In this document: positions 46,485 to 55,156 of the stretch, one piece after another
Layout: each line of letters begins with the position of its first letter
Numbering within the stretch: the first letter of the stretch is position 1
DNA from: an uncultured Gemmatimonadales bacterium
Lineage (GTDB): Bacteria > Gemmatimonadota > Gemmatimonadetes > Gemmatimonadales > Gemmatimonadaceae
Direction of reading: 5' to 3'
Assembly (NCBI GenBank): GCA_963851265.1
Contig: CAWKNZ010000005.1
Span: 160,001 to 224,000, forward strand
Length of the DNA stretch: 64,000 nt
The notes under the pieces: model-generated
Told to the model about the DNA's origin: nothing
What the model saw: the letters and a program-made list of their open reading frames with translations, nothing else
Database searches by the model: none
Translations under genes and position numbers: made by a program

Positions 46485-47183
46485 TTAGGCCGGGGCGGGC
46501 GCGTCGGCCGGCGCCGCGTCGCGGCGGTCGGCGAGGCGGCGCTGGATCTTCGCGACGATCATTTCGATCGCGACGGCGTTGTGCCCGCCGCGTGGCACGA
46601 TCACGTCGGCGTGCCGCTTGCTGGGCTCGACGAACTGCTGGTGCATCGGGCGCACGGTCGTCAGATACTGCTCCAGGATCTCCTCGAACGGCCGCCCTCG
46701 CTGTCCCATGTCGCGGCGCAGGCGCCGGATGACGCGCACGTCGGCGTCGGCGTCCACGTAGACCTTCACGTCGCAGAGCTCGCGCACGCGCGCATCCACG
46801 AACAGCAGGATTCCGTCGACGACGACCACGTCGGCCGGCGCGACGGCGACGGTGTACGGTGCGCGCACGTGCTCGGCGAAATCGTACACCGGCTTGTCGA
46901 CCGGCTCGCCGCGCGCCAGACGCTGCAGGTGACCGATAAAGAGGTCGAAGTCGAAGGCGTCGGGGTGGTCCCAGTTGACGCGCCGCCGCTCCGCCGATGG
47001 CAGGTGCGCGAAGTTCTTGTAGTACGCGTCCATGTCGACGAAGGCCACCGATGCGCGGCGCAGCGTCTCCGCGACCTTGCGCGCGACGGTCGACTTGCCC
47101 GAGCCCGACCCGCCGGCGATCCCGATCACGAGCGGCTTCGGTGACGCGCCGTACGACCGATCCGCCCCGCCGGGCGTGCTCAT
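46485..47183 (-). CDS. udk: Uridine kinase
   Basis: GIAGGSGSGKS, NWDHPDAFD, RRLRRD, FVEPSK.HAD. Confidence 0.93.
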   Translation of the reverse strand: MSTPGGADRSYGASPKPLVIGIAGGSGSGKSTVARKVAETLRRASVAFVDMDAYYKNFAHLPSAERRRVNWDHPDAFDFDLFIGHLQRLARGEPVDKPVYDFAEHVRAPYTVAVAPADVVVVDGILLFVDARVRELCDVKVYVDADADVRVIRRLRRDMGQRGRPFEEILEQYLTTVRPMHQQFVEPSKRHADVIVPRGGHNAVAIEMIVAKIQRRLADRRDAAPADAPAPA

Positions 47184-47396
47184 GCGTCCTTCCCCCCCGC
47201 TGTGACGGAGGATCGCGCCACGGCCTCGTAAAGGGCAGCGGGGCGCGCGTCACGGTCGCGTATCGGGCCGGACGCGTGGCGCGCGTCGGCGGTGGTCGGG
47301 GCGGCGGGCATCCGCGAACGTTGCCGGTCCGGTGCAGGGAGGTCAACGGTGCGCCGCGAGGGATCCTACCGTGGCCAACATAGCTTTGGCACCACG

Positions 47397-48551
47397 ATGA
47401 CCGACCGCATCACCGACCGACTGCCCGCCGCGCGCGCCGTCTCGCCCGCCGAACCCGAGCCGCGCACCGAGCCGCTCACGCAACTTCTCGCCCGGCTGCC
47501 GAAGGCCGAACTGCACTGTCACCTCGACGGCTCCGTGCGCCCCGCGACGCTCCTCGACCTCGGGGCGGAGCAGGGAGTCGCGATGCCCGCGGCCACCCCG
47601 GACGCCCTCGCGGCGTACATGCGCGTCGACGACGCGCGCGACCTCGAAGACTACCTCGCGCGCTTCGACGTGACGCTCTCGGTGTTGCAGACCGAACCGG
47701 CGCTCGAACGCGTCGCGTACGAGCTGGCCGTCGACGCCGCCGCGGAGGGCGTGCGCTACCTGGAAGTCCGCTACGCGCCCGTGCTGAACACCCGAGCACG
47801 CCTCGACCTGCACGGCGCCGTGGAGGCCGCGTTGCGCGGGCTCGCGCGCGCGGAGCGCGACGCGCACGTGACGGCCCGCGTGATCGTCTGCGCCATCCGC
47901 AACCAGCCGGCGGAACTCGCGCTGGACGCGGCGCGCGTGGCCGTCGAGTATCGCCGGCGCGGGGTCGTCGGCTTCGACCTCGCCGGCGGCGAGGCCGGAC
48001 ATCCGGCCACCAGCTTCGTGCGCGCCTTCGAATACGCGCGCGGCCACGACCTCGCGTGCACCTGCCACGCCGGCGAGGGCGCGGGAGCCCAGAGCGTCCG
48101 CGACGCCGTGCAGGGCTGCGGTTGCGACCGCGTCGGCCACGGCACGCGCATCATCGAGGACGCCTCGCTGCTCGACTACCTCGTCGACCGCCGCGTGTGC
48201 GTCGAATGCTGCCTCACGTCCAACGTGCAGACGCGCGCGGCCGCGTCGTACGAGTCGCATCCCTTCCGCGCGTACTTCGACCGCGGCCTCAACGTCGTGC
48301 TCAACACCGACAACCGCCTCATGAGTGGGACCACGCTCGTCGACGAGTACGCGCACGCCGCCCGCCGGCTCGGCTTCACCCTCCCCGAGCTCGCCCGCGT
48401 GGCCCGTCAGGGCTTCGAGAGCGCGTTCCTGCCCTACGCGGAGCGCGAGGCGTTGCTGGCGCGGCTGGCGCCCGCGTTCGACGCGGTGCTGCGCGAGGAC
48501 GCGGCGGCGACCGCGATCGAGACGGGCGCGGGCATGCCGGTGACGGCCTGA
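47397..48551 (+). CDS. add: Adenosine deaminase
   Basis: LPKAELHCHLDGS, GFDLAG, HAGE, RVGHG, SN, NTDN. Confidence 0.92.
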   Translation: MTDRITDRLPAARAVSPAEPEPRTEPLTQLLARLPKAELHCHLDGSVRPATLLDLGAEQGVAMPAATPDALAAYMRVDDARDLEDYLARFDVTLSVLQTEPALERVAYELAVDAAAEGVRYLEVRYAPVLNTRARLDLHGAVEAALRGLARAERDAHVTARVIVCAIRNQPAELALDAARVAVEYRRRGVVGFDLAGGEAGHPATSFVRAFEYARGHDLACTCHAGEGAGAQSVRDAVQGCGCDRVGHGTRIIEDASLLDYLVDRRVCVECCLTSNVQTRAAASYESHPFRAYFDRGLNVVLNTDNRLMSGTTLVDEYAHAARRLGFTLPELARVARQGFESAFLPYAEREALLARLAPAFDAVLREDAAATAIETGAGMPVTA

Positions 48552-49444
48552 TGGGCCTGCCCCCGTCCGGCCTCATGCCGCCCGACGTGTCGGCCGACGT
48601 CGCGGCAGCGGTCCGCTACGGCGCGGCCGCGGCGCGCGCCGCGGCCGCCGCGGTGCGCGACCGCCTCGGCCTCGCGGACGGCGCCGCGCCCGCCTGCGCG
48701 ATCGTGCTCGGCTCGGGGCTCGGCGACCTCGCGGGCGACGTGGCGGACGCGCGACGCGTGCCGTTCGCCGACGTGCCGGGCTTCCCACCGGCGACCGTCG
48801 AGGGACACGCCGGCGCCCTCCTCAGCGGCGCGCTCGGAGGCCGGCCGGTGCTCCTCCTCGCCGGGCGCTTCCACCTGTACGAGGGGCACCCCGCGCCGCT
48901 CGCCGCCTTCGCGGTGCGCGTCGTGCACGCGCTCGGCGCGCGCACGCTCTTCCTCAGCAACGCCGCCGGCGGCGTGCGCCGCACGTTAGGCCCTGGGGAC
49001 CTCATGGTGATCGCCGACCACCTCAACCTGACCGGACGCAACCCGCTCGTCGGGCCGCTCCAGGACGGCGACCTCCGATTCCCCGACATGTCGGAGCCGT
49101 ACGACGGCCGGCTGCGCGCGCGGCTGCGCGACGCCGCGCGCGCCACAGGGGTGCCGGTCGCCGAGGGCGTCTACGCCGGGCTCCTCGGCCCGAGCTTCGA
49201 GACGCCCGCCGAGGTGCGGATGCTCGAGCGGCTCGGCGCCGACGCCGTCGGCATGTCGACCGTGCCCGAGGCGATCGTCGCGCGTGCGTTAGGCATGCGC
49301 GTGGCGGGGGTGAGCCTCGTGACCAACGCGGCGAGCGGGCACACCGGGCAGGCGCTCACGCACGCCGAGGTTCTCGAGGCCGGCCGGGAGGCGTCGGCGC
49401 GGTTCCGGGCGCTGGTGACGGAGTTCGTGCGGCGGTTGGAGTGA
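48551..49444 (+). CDS. punA: Purine nucleoside phosphorylase (trimeric type)
   Basis: VLGSGLG, GRFHLYEG, NAAGG, GPSFETPAE, GMSTVPE. Confidence 0.92.
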   Translation: MGLPPSGLMPPDVSADVAAAVRYGAAAARAAAAAVRDRLGLADGAAPACAIVLGSGLGDLAGDVADARRVPFADVPGFPPATVEGHAGALLSGALGGRPVLLLAGRFHLYEGHPAPLAAFAVRVVHALGARTLFLSNAAGGVRRTLGPGDLMVIADHLNLTGRNPLVGPLQDGDLRFPDMSEPYDGRLRARLRDAARATGVPVAEGVYAGLLGPSFETPAEVRMLERLGADAVGMSTVPEAIVARALGMRVAGVSLVTNAASGHTGQALTHAEVLEAGREASARFRALVTEFVRRLE

Positions 49445-49540
49445 CGGCGGCGCGCGGTCGCGCGCCGCTCGACTAGTCGAGGTCCTTCCGATTTCGGGCC
49501 GTTCGACCCCGCCGCTTCCTCGCCGCGCGCGCGGCCGCCG

Positions 49541-50389
49541 CTACTGCGCCCGCCGCTGCTGCGGCGCGCGCGGCAGGCTGCGCAGCCGGTCCTGGAACGC
49601 GTGGAAGTTACGGGTGTCGCGCGTCAGCGTGGCCAGCTGGGCCGGCGACACCATCTGCTGGATCTCCTCGCGCGTCGCGCGGATGCGGTCCTCCTCCAGC
49701 GGGTGCGACGCGAACCACGAGCTCACCATGTCGGGTCGGCTCTGGCGCTCGTCGAGCAGGATCTGGAACATGTCCGGGATGCCGCGCGGGTCGATGCCGG
49801 CCTTCGTCGTGAAGATCACGCCCTCGTGGTCGGCCTCCGACTCGTCCTGCCGGCTGAACTTGGCGAACGCCACGCCCGCGCCGAGTTGCACGGCCGTCGC
49901 GGCGGCGCCGCTCTCGCACACGCGCGTGAGGCCGCAGAGGAGCGTGACGCCGATGTTCGCGTTCTGCTGCTGCGCCATCTGCTTGATCGAGTGTCGCAGC
50001 ACCACGTGCCCGATCTCGTGCCCCATCGGCCCGGCGAGCTCGCTCATGTTCTGCGCGCGCTCGATCAGCCCGCGGTTCACGTAGATGAACCCACCCGGCA
50101 CGGCGAACGCGTTGATGTCGGGGCTGTCGACGATGTAGAAATGCCACTGCAGGTCGGACCGCGGCGTCACGCGCGCGAGCGAGTCGCCGAGCACGTTGAT
50201 GTACCGGTTCACCTCCGCATCCTGCACGAGTGGCAGTTGCTGGTTGATCTGCCCCGCGTACTGCTGCCCCATCTGCACCTCTTGCTGCTGCGACACGCTG
50301 CCCGCGGTCGCGCAGCCGGTGGCGCACAGCGTAGCACTCGCGACGCACAGCGAGCCGCGGATGGCGAGATTACGGAAGAGACGATTCAT
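49541..50389 (-). CDS. M48 family metalloprotease (probable lipoprotein)
   Basis: NAFAVPGG, HEIGH, FSRQDESEAD, SHP; ATGC lipobox-like. Confidence 0.88.
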   Translation of the reverse strand: MNRLFRNLAIRGSLCVASATLCATGCATAGSVSQQQEVQMGQQYAGQINQQLPLVQDAEVNRYINVLGDSLARVTPRSDLQWHFYIVDSPDINAFAVPGGFIYVNRGLIERAQNMSELAGPMGHEIGHVVLRHSIKQMAQQQNANIGVTLLCGLTRVCESGAAATAVQLGAGVAFAKFSRQDESEADHEGVIFTTKAGIDPRGIPDMFQILLDERQSRPDMVSSWFASHPLEEDRIRATREEIQQMVSPAQLATLTRDTRNFHAFQDRLRSLPRAPQQRRAQ

Positions 50390-50515
50390 GGAAACTCCAC
50401 ACGTGCAGGGTCGGACGGCGCGGCGCGACCGTCGTCGGAACGCCCGCGATGTCGTGCGACCTCGGGCAAGTCACGTTCCCGACCACGGCCCACGTTCGTC
50501 CCCGCTCCATACCCC

Positions 50516-51340
50516 GTGCGGCTGCTAACGCTCGCCCGCGACCTCACGCGTCGCAAATCACGCGAACGCCACGGCCTCTTCGTCGCCGAAGGGGTGCGTG
50601 CGGCCGAGGCGACGCTCGCTGCCGGGGTCACGCTGCGGGGCGCGGTCGTAGCGCCCGCGCTGCACGCGACACCGCGTGGCGTGGCCCTCCGCACCGCGCT
50701 CGAGACGCGCGGCGTTGCGTTGCTGGACGTGGACGACGCCGCGTTCGCAAGCGCGGCCGATACCGACACGCCGCAGGGCGTGCTGCTCGTCGCGGAACGC
50801 CCGGCCGCGTCGCTCGCCGACCTCCAGGCGGCGGCTACCGCGGCCGGCGACGCCCACGAATTCCGCCTGCTCGTGATCGACGCGGTGCAGGACCCCGGGA
50901 ACGTCGGCACGCTGGTGCGCGCCGCCGCCGCCCTCGGCGCGGCCGGCGTCGTCGCACTGCCGGGTACTGGCGACCTGTGGAGCGCGAAGGCGGTGCGCGC
51001 CGGCATGGGAGCACATTTCGCGATCCCGGTGCTGCACGCCCCGCTCGATGCGCTCGCCGAGGTGCTCGACTCCGCGCGCGTGCCGCTCTGGGGCGCGGAC
51101 GGCGTGGGGCAGCCGGTCGACGTTCTCGCCGCCGACGCGCCCGCGCGCCTCGCCGTCGCGGTCGGGAACGAGGGCGCCGGCCTCGGCGACGCGGTACGCG
51201 CACGGGTCACGTCCCTCGTGAGTGTGCCGAGTAGCGGGGTCGTGGAGTCGTTGAACGCGGCCGTCGCGGGTTCGATCCTGCTGTACGCGCTGCGCCCCGC
51301 ATCACTCCGCGGCGATCGGCGATCCGATCCTCGTTCCTGA
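50516..51340 (+). CDS. TrmH/SpoU family RNA methyltransferase
   Basis: FVAEG, QDPGNVGTLVR, GNEGAG, ESLNAA. Confidence 0.88.
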   Translation: MRLLTLARDLTRRKSRERHGLFVAEGVRAAEATLAAGVTLRGAVVAPALHATPRGVALRTALETRGVALLDVDDAAFASAADTDTPQGVLLVAERPAASLADLQAAATAAGDAHEFRLLVIDAVQDPGNVGTLVRAAAALGAAGVVALPGTGDLWSAKAVRAGMGAHFAIPVLHAPLDALAEVLDSARVPLWGADGVGQPVDVLAADAPARLAVAVGNEGAGLGDAVRARVTSLVSVPSSGVVESLNAAVAGSILLYALRPASLRGDRRSDPRS

Positions 51341-51361
51341 CTTCCCCGCGTCCCCCTTCCG

Positions 51362-52309
51362 TTGCCCGTCGGCTACATCCCTCCGCACACCGCCTGGCCG
51401 CTGCTCCTCCTCGCGCTCGTCGCGGGGCTCGCCGTGGGGTCGTTCCTCAACGTGTGTATCGTGCGCTGGCCGGCGGAGGAGTCGGTCGTGCGGCCGCCGT
51501 CGCGATGTCCCCGCTGCGGGCGCGGGGTGCGGTGGTATGAGAACGTCCCCGTGCTGAGCTGGCTCGCCCTGCGCGGCCGGTGTGCCGGCTGCGGGCTGCC
51601 CATCTCGTCCCTGTACCCACTCGTCGAACTCTCGACGGGGCTGATCTGGCTCGGCACGGTCTGGAGCTTCGGCGCCACCTTCGACGCGGTGCGCGTGGCC
51701 GTGCTGCTCACCGTGCTGCTCGGCATCGCCGTCACCGACGCGCGCGCGATGGTCATTCCCGACGGGTTCACCGTGTTCCTGCTCCTGTTCGGGCTCGTCG
51801 GGTCGATCGTGAGTCGGACGGCGGGCGCGGTGTCGCTCTTTGCTCAGCCGTATGAAGCGTTCCTCGGCGCCTGCGCGGGTGCGGGGCTCGTCGCGATCAT
51901 CGGCTGGCTGGGAGAGCTCGCCTTCAAGCGCGAGGCGATGGGGTTCGGCGACGTGACGATGATGGCCGCGGTCGGCGCCTCGCTCGGCCCCGAGCGCGCG
52001 CTCATGACCGTGCTGCTCGGCGCGGTGTTCGGCGCGGTCGCGTCGGTGTTCGTGCTCGTCCCGCTCACGATGCTGCGTGCCAGGACCGCCCCGGCCCACG
52101 CCACCCCGGACGCGTCGGGTGTGGTCGCGTCGGGGGCCGTCGCGTCCGGACCGTCCGGGGCGGAGCCGGTCGAGAGCCTCGGCACGTTGCTCGCCAACCT
52201 GCCTCACGTGCCGTTCGGCGTTTTCCTTGCACCGGGTGCCGCGGTCGCCCTGTTCTACGGCGACCGCATCATCGCGTGGTACTTCACCCACATTCTCGTT
52301 GGCACCTGA
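51362..52309 (+). CDS. pilD: Type IV prepilin peptidase
   Basis: GSFLNV, SRCPRC, RGRCAGC, MGFGD, PFGVFLA. Confidence 0.9.
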   Translation: MPVGYIPPHTAWPLLLLALVAGLAVGSFLNVCIVRWPAEESVVRPPSRCPRCGRGVRWYENVPVLSWLALRGRCAGCGLPISSLYPLVELSTGLIWLGTVWSFGATFDAVRVAVLLTVLLGIAVTDARAMVIPDGFTVFLLLFGLVGSIVSRTAGAVSLFAQPYEAFLGACAGAGLVAIIGWLGELAFKREAMGFGDVTMMAAVGASLGPERALMTVLLGAVFGAVASVFVLVPLTMLRARTAPAHATPDASGVVASGAVASGPSGAEPVESLGTLLANLPHVPFGVFLAPGAAVALFYGDRIIAWYFTHILVGT

Positions 52310-53693
52310 CGCCCTAGCCGCACGCTCCGACGTTCCCGCGACCGCGCGGCCGCTGCCGCACCCGCGTCCCCGCCGGGGCCGCGCCGCCGGCGTCGCGCTC
52401 GGCGCGTGGCTCGCGGTCGCGACGAGCGCGGCGTGCGCCCCTGGTGCACCGCGGCTGACGGCGGTCGAGCAGGCCGCGGCCCTCGCTCCCGAGATCGAAC
52501 AGGCCGTCGGGCTTCGCTTCCGCGCCCCGCCGCGCATCGAGCGCCGATCGCGCGCCGACGTGCACGGGTTCGTCGCGGCTACGCTCGCCCGCCCCGAAGC
52601 GCGCGCCCTGCTCGCCGCGCAGCAGCTCGCCTACCGCCGCCTCGGCCTCATTCCCGACACGCTCGACCTCGTGGCGCTCATGGGCCGCGTGCTCGACGAG
52701 CAGGTGGCGGGGTACTACGACCCGCGCGCCAAGACGCTGTACCTCGTCGAGGGCATCGACTCGGCGACGACCACCGCGACGCTCCGCCACGAAATGGTCC
52801 ACGCGCTCCAGGATCAGCACGTCAACCTCGACTCGGTGCTCACGCACCCGCGCGACGCCGACGCGGACGCGGCGGCGCACGCCGCGCTCGAGGGGCAGGC
52901 GACGTGGGTGCAGCTCGGGGGTGGGCGAGACATCGCGTCGCGGCTGCCGGGCGGGTGGGACCGCGTCCGCGAGGACATCCGCGCCAACGCCGACCGCGAC
53001 CCGCAGCTCGCGGGCGCACCGCTGGTCGTGCGCGAGGGCCTGCTCTTTCCGTACCTCAGCGGTGCGGAGCTGGCCCGTCAGGCCGCGGCCCTCGGCCGGC
53101 TCGATTCGCTCGCGCTCCGGCTTCCGGTGAGCACGCGGCAGGTACTCCACCCGGACGTCTACCTCGGCGCCGGACGCCCGACGGCGACCGCCGGCGGCCC
53201 GGCGGCTGCCGCCGTCCGCCTCGTCACCGTCACACTGCCGCCGCCGCGCACCGGGACCGTGACGGCGAGCAACGTGCTCGGTGAATTCGACACCCGCCTC
53301 TTTCTGTATCAGCAGTCGACCGACCTCGCCGGCGCGGCGCGCGCGGCTGCTGGGCTCGCGGGCGACCACTGGGCCTCGGTGCGCACGGGCGGTGGCGACG
53401 CGTTCGTGTGGCTCACGGTCTGGGACTCGGGCGTCGACGCGGCCGAGTTCTTTCAGGCGGCGGGCGATGCGGTGTCGAAGCGGTACGAGGGCGCGCGCGC
53501 CGACTCGAGTGCGGCGGGCGGGCGCGGGGCCGGAAGCACGAAGACGTTCACGAGCGCGGCGCGCGACGGCGGCCGCACCGTGCGACTCCGCGCGCTCGAC
53601 GTCGGTGGACGCCCCGCCGTCCTCTACGTCGACGCCGCGTCCGCGGCCGACCTCGACGTCGTCGACGCCGCCCGGGCGAGCGTGCGCCCCTGA
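52299..53693 (+). CDS. Putative lipoprotein with HExxH zinc-metallopeptidase motif (TTG start inferred)
   Basis: TSAAC lipobox-like, AGYYDP, HEMVHALQDQH, downstream EGQA. Confidence 0.65.
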   Translation: MAPDALAARSDVPATARPLPHPRPRRGRAAGVALGAWLAVATSAACAPGAPRLTAVEQAAALAPEIEQAVGLRFRAPPRIERRSRADVHGFVAATLARPEARALLAAQQLAYRRLGLIPDTLDLVALMGRVLDEQVAGYYDPRAKTLYLVEGIDSATTTATLRHEMVHALQDQHVNLDSVLTHPRDADADAAAHAALEGQATWVQLGGGRDIASRLPGGWDRVREDIRANADRDPQLAGAPLVVREGLLFPYLSGAELARQAAALGRLDSLALRLPVSTRQVLHPDVYLGAGRPTATAGGPAAAAVRLVTVTLPPPRTGTVTASNVLGEFDTRLFLYQQSTDLAGAARAAAGLAGDHWASVRTGGGDAFVWLTVWDSGVDAAEFFQAAGDAVSKRYEGARADSSAAGGRGAGSTKTFTSAARDGGRTVRLRALDVGGRPAVLYVDAASAADLDVVDAARASVRP

Positions 53694-53717
53694 GATGCGG
53701 CCGCTGAGACTCCGCGC

Positions 53718-55112
53718 GTGACGCTCCTCGCTCCCGGCCCCTCGTCCGGCCCGCCGTCGGACGGTTCCGCCGACGAGCACCGGTCCGTGCAGCCGGCCTC
53801 GCCGGCCGCGGCGGCCGGTGAAGCCGCGGTCGCACACGACCCGCGCGTCCCCCCGCCGGTCCCCGACGAGGAGCAGAAGCTGCAGGCGCTGCGCAGCATG
53901 CAGCGCCGCGCGACCGGCCTGTTGATCGCCGCCGCCGTGCTCTTCGTCGTCGCGCGCGCGCTCGAGGCAGCCCACCCCTGGGTGGCCTACGTGCGCGCGT
54001 TTGCCGAGGCGGCGATGGTCGGCGGGATCGCCGACTGGTTCGCGGTCACGGCGCTCTTCCGCCATCCGTTAGGCATTCCGATCCCGCACACGGCCATCGT
54101 GCCGGCGCGCAAGGACCGGATCGGCCGCTCGCTCGGCAAGTTCGTGCAGCAGAATTTCCTCTCGCGCGAGGTGGTCGGCGCCAAGCTCGCCGCGGCGCGC
54201 CCGGGAGAGCGCGCCGCGCGCTGGCTCGCCGAGCCCGCGCACGCGCGGCTGCTCGCCCGGCAGGTCGCGGTGGCGCTCTCGGGCGCGGCCGAGGTGTTGC
54301 GGGACGACGACGTGAACGCGTTCGTCGAGCGCTCGCTCGTCTCGCGGCTGCGCAAGGTGCAGGCGGGCCCGCTCGTCGGCCGGGCGCTGTCGCTGCTCAC
54401 GGCCGACGGCCGCCATCAGGAGCTCCTCGACGAGGCGCTCCGCATCACGGCACGCGGCGTCGCGACCAACCAGGACGTCATACGCGCGCGCATCGCCGCG
54501 GAGGCGCCCTGGTGGGTGCCGGGCGCGGTCGAGGACAAGCTCCACCAGAAGATCATCGACGGACTCGAGCGCACGCTGCAGCAGGTGAGCGCCGACCCGC
54601 ACCACCCGCTGCGCGCGCGCTTCGACGACGCGGTGCAGCAGTTCGCCGAGCGCCTGCGCACCTCGCCCGAGACGATCGAGCGGGCGGAGGCGGTGAAGGA
54701 GGAGCTGCTCGCGCACCCGGCCGTGCGCGAGTACGCCGGCGGCCTCTGGGGCGACGTGAAGCGCGCCCTCGCGCGCCAGGCCGAGACGTTAGGCCACGCC
54801 GACGAGGGCGACGCGCCCAACGCGATCGAGCGGGGGCTCACGTCGCTCGCCGGCACCGCGCTCGCGGACCGGGCGCTCGCGGCGAAGCTCGACGGCTGGA
54901 TCGTCGAGGCGGTGCTCGCCGTGATCGAGCAGTACCGCGACGAGGTGAGTCAGCTGATCGAGAGCACGGTCGCGGGCTGGGACCCCGCGGCCACGTCGCA
55001 CCGGATCGAGGTGCAGATCGGGCGGGACCTGCAGTTCATCCGGATCAACGGCACGCTGGTGGGCGGGCTCGTCGGGGTGGCACTCTACGCGATCGGGAGG
55101 ATCGTCGGGTAG
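53718..55112 (+). CDS. DUF445 family membrane protein
   Basis: EAAMVGGIADWFAVTALFRHPLG, DLQFIRINGTLVGG. Confidence 0.88.
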   Translation: MTLLAPGPSSGPPSDGSADEHRSVQPASPAAAAGEAAVAHDPRVPPPVPDEEQKLQALRSMQRRATGLLIAAAVLFVVARALEAAHPWVAYVRAFAEAAMVGGIADWFAVTALFRHPLGIPIPHTAIVPARKDRIGRSLGKFVQQNFLSREVVGAKLAAARPGERAARWLAEPAHARLLARQVAVALSGAAEVLRDDDVNAFVERSLVSRLRKVQAGPLVGRALSLLTADGRHQELLDEALRITARGVATNQDVIRARIAAEAPWWVPGAVEDKLHQKIIDGLERTLQQVSADPHHPLRARFDDAVQQFAERLRTSPETIERAEAVKEELLAHPAVREYAGGLWGDVKRALARQAETLGHADEGDAPNAIERGLTSLAGTALADRALAAKLDGWIVEAVLAVIEQYRDEVSQLIESTVAGWDPAATSHRIEVQIGRDLQFIRINGTLVGGLVGVALYAIGRIVG

Positions 55113-55156
55113 GGAGTGTTCGCCGACGGGTCGACGCCGAGGGCCGATCGCCGCGC

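Noticed and set aside
47184..47396. Purine riboswitch or Pho box between udk and add
   Set aside because: No purine-riboswitch core, and only weak isolated GTCAC-like half-sites.
49447..49481. GC hairpin plus perfect palindrome CTCGACTAGTCGAG between punA and the M48 gene
   Set aside because: Most simply a terminator region between convergent genes; single occurrence.
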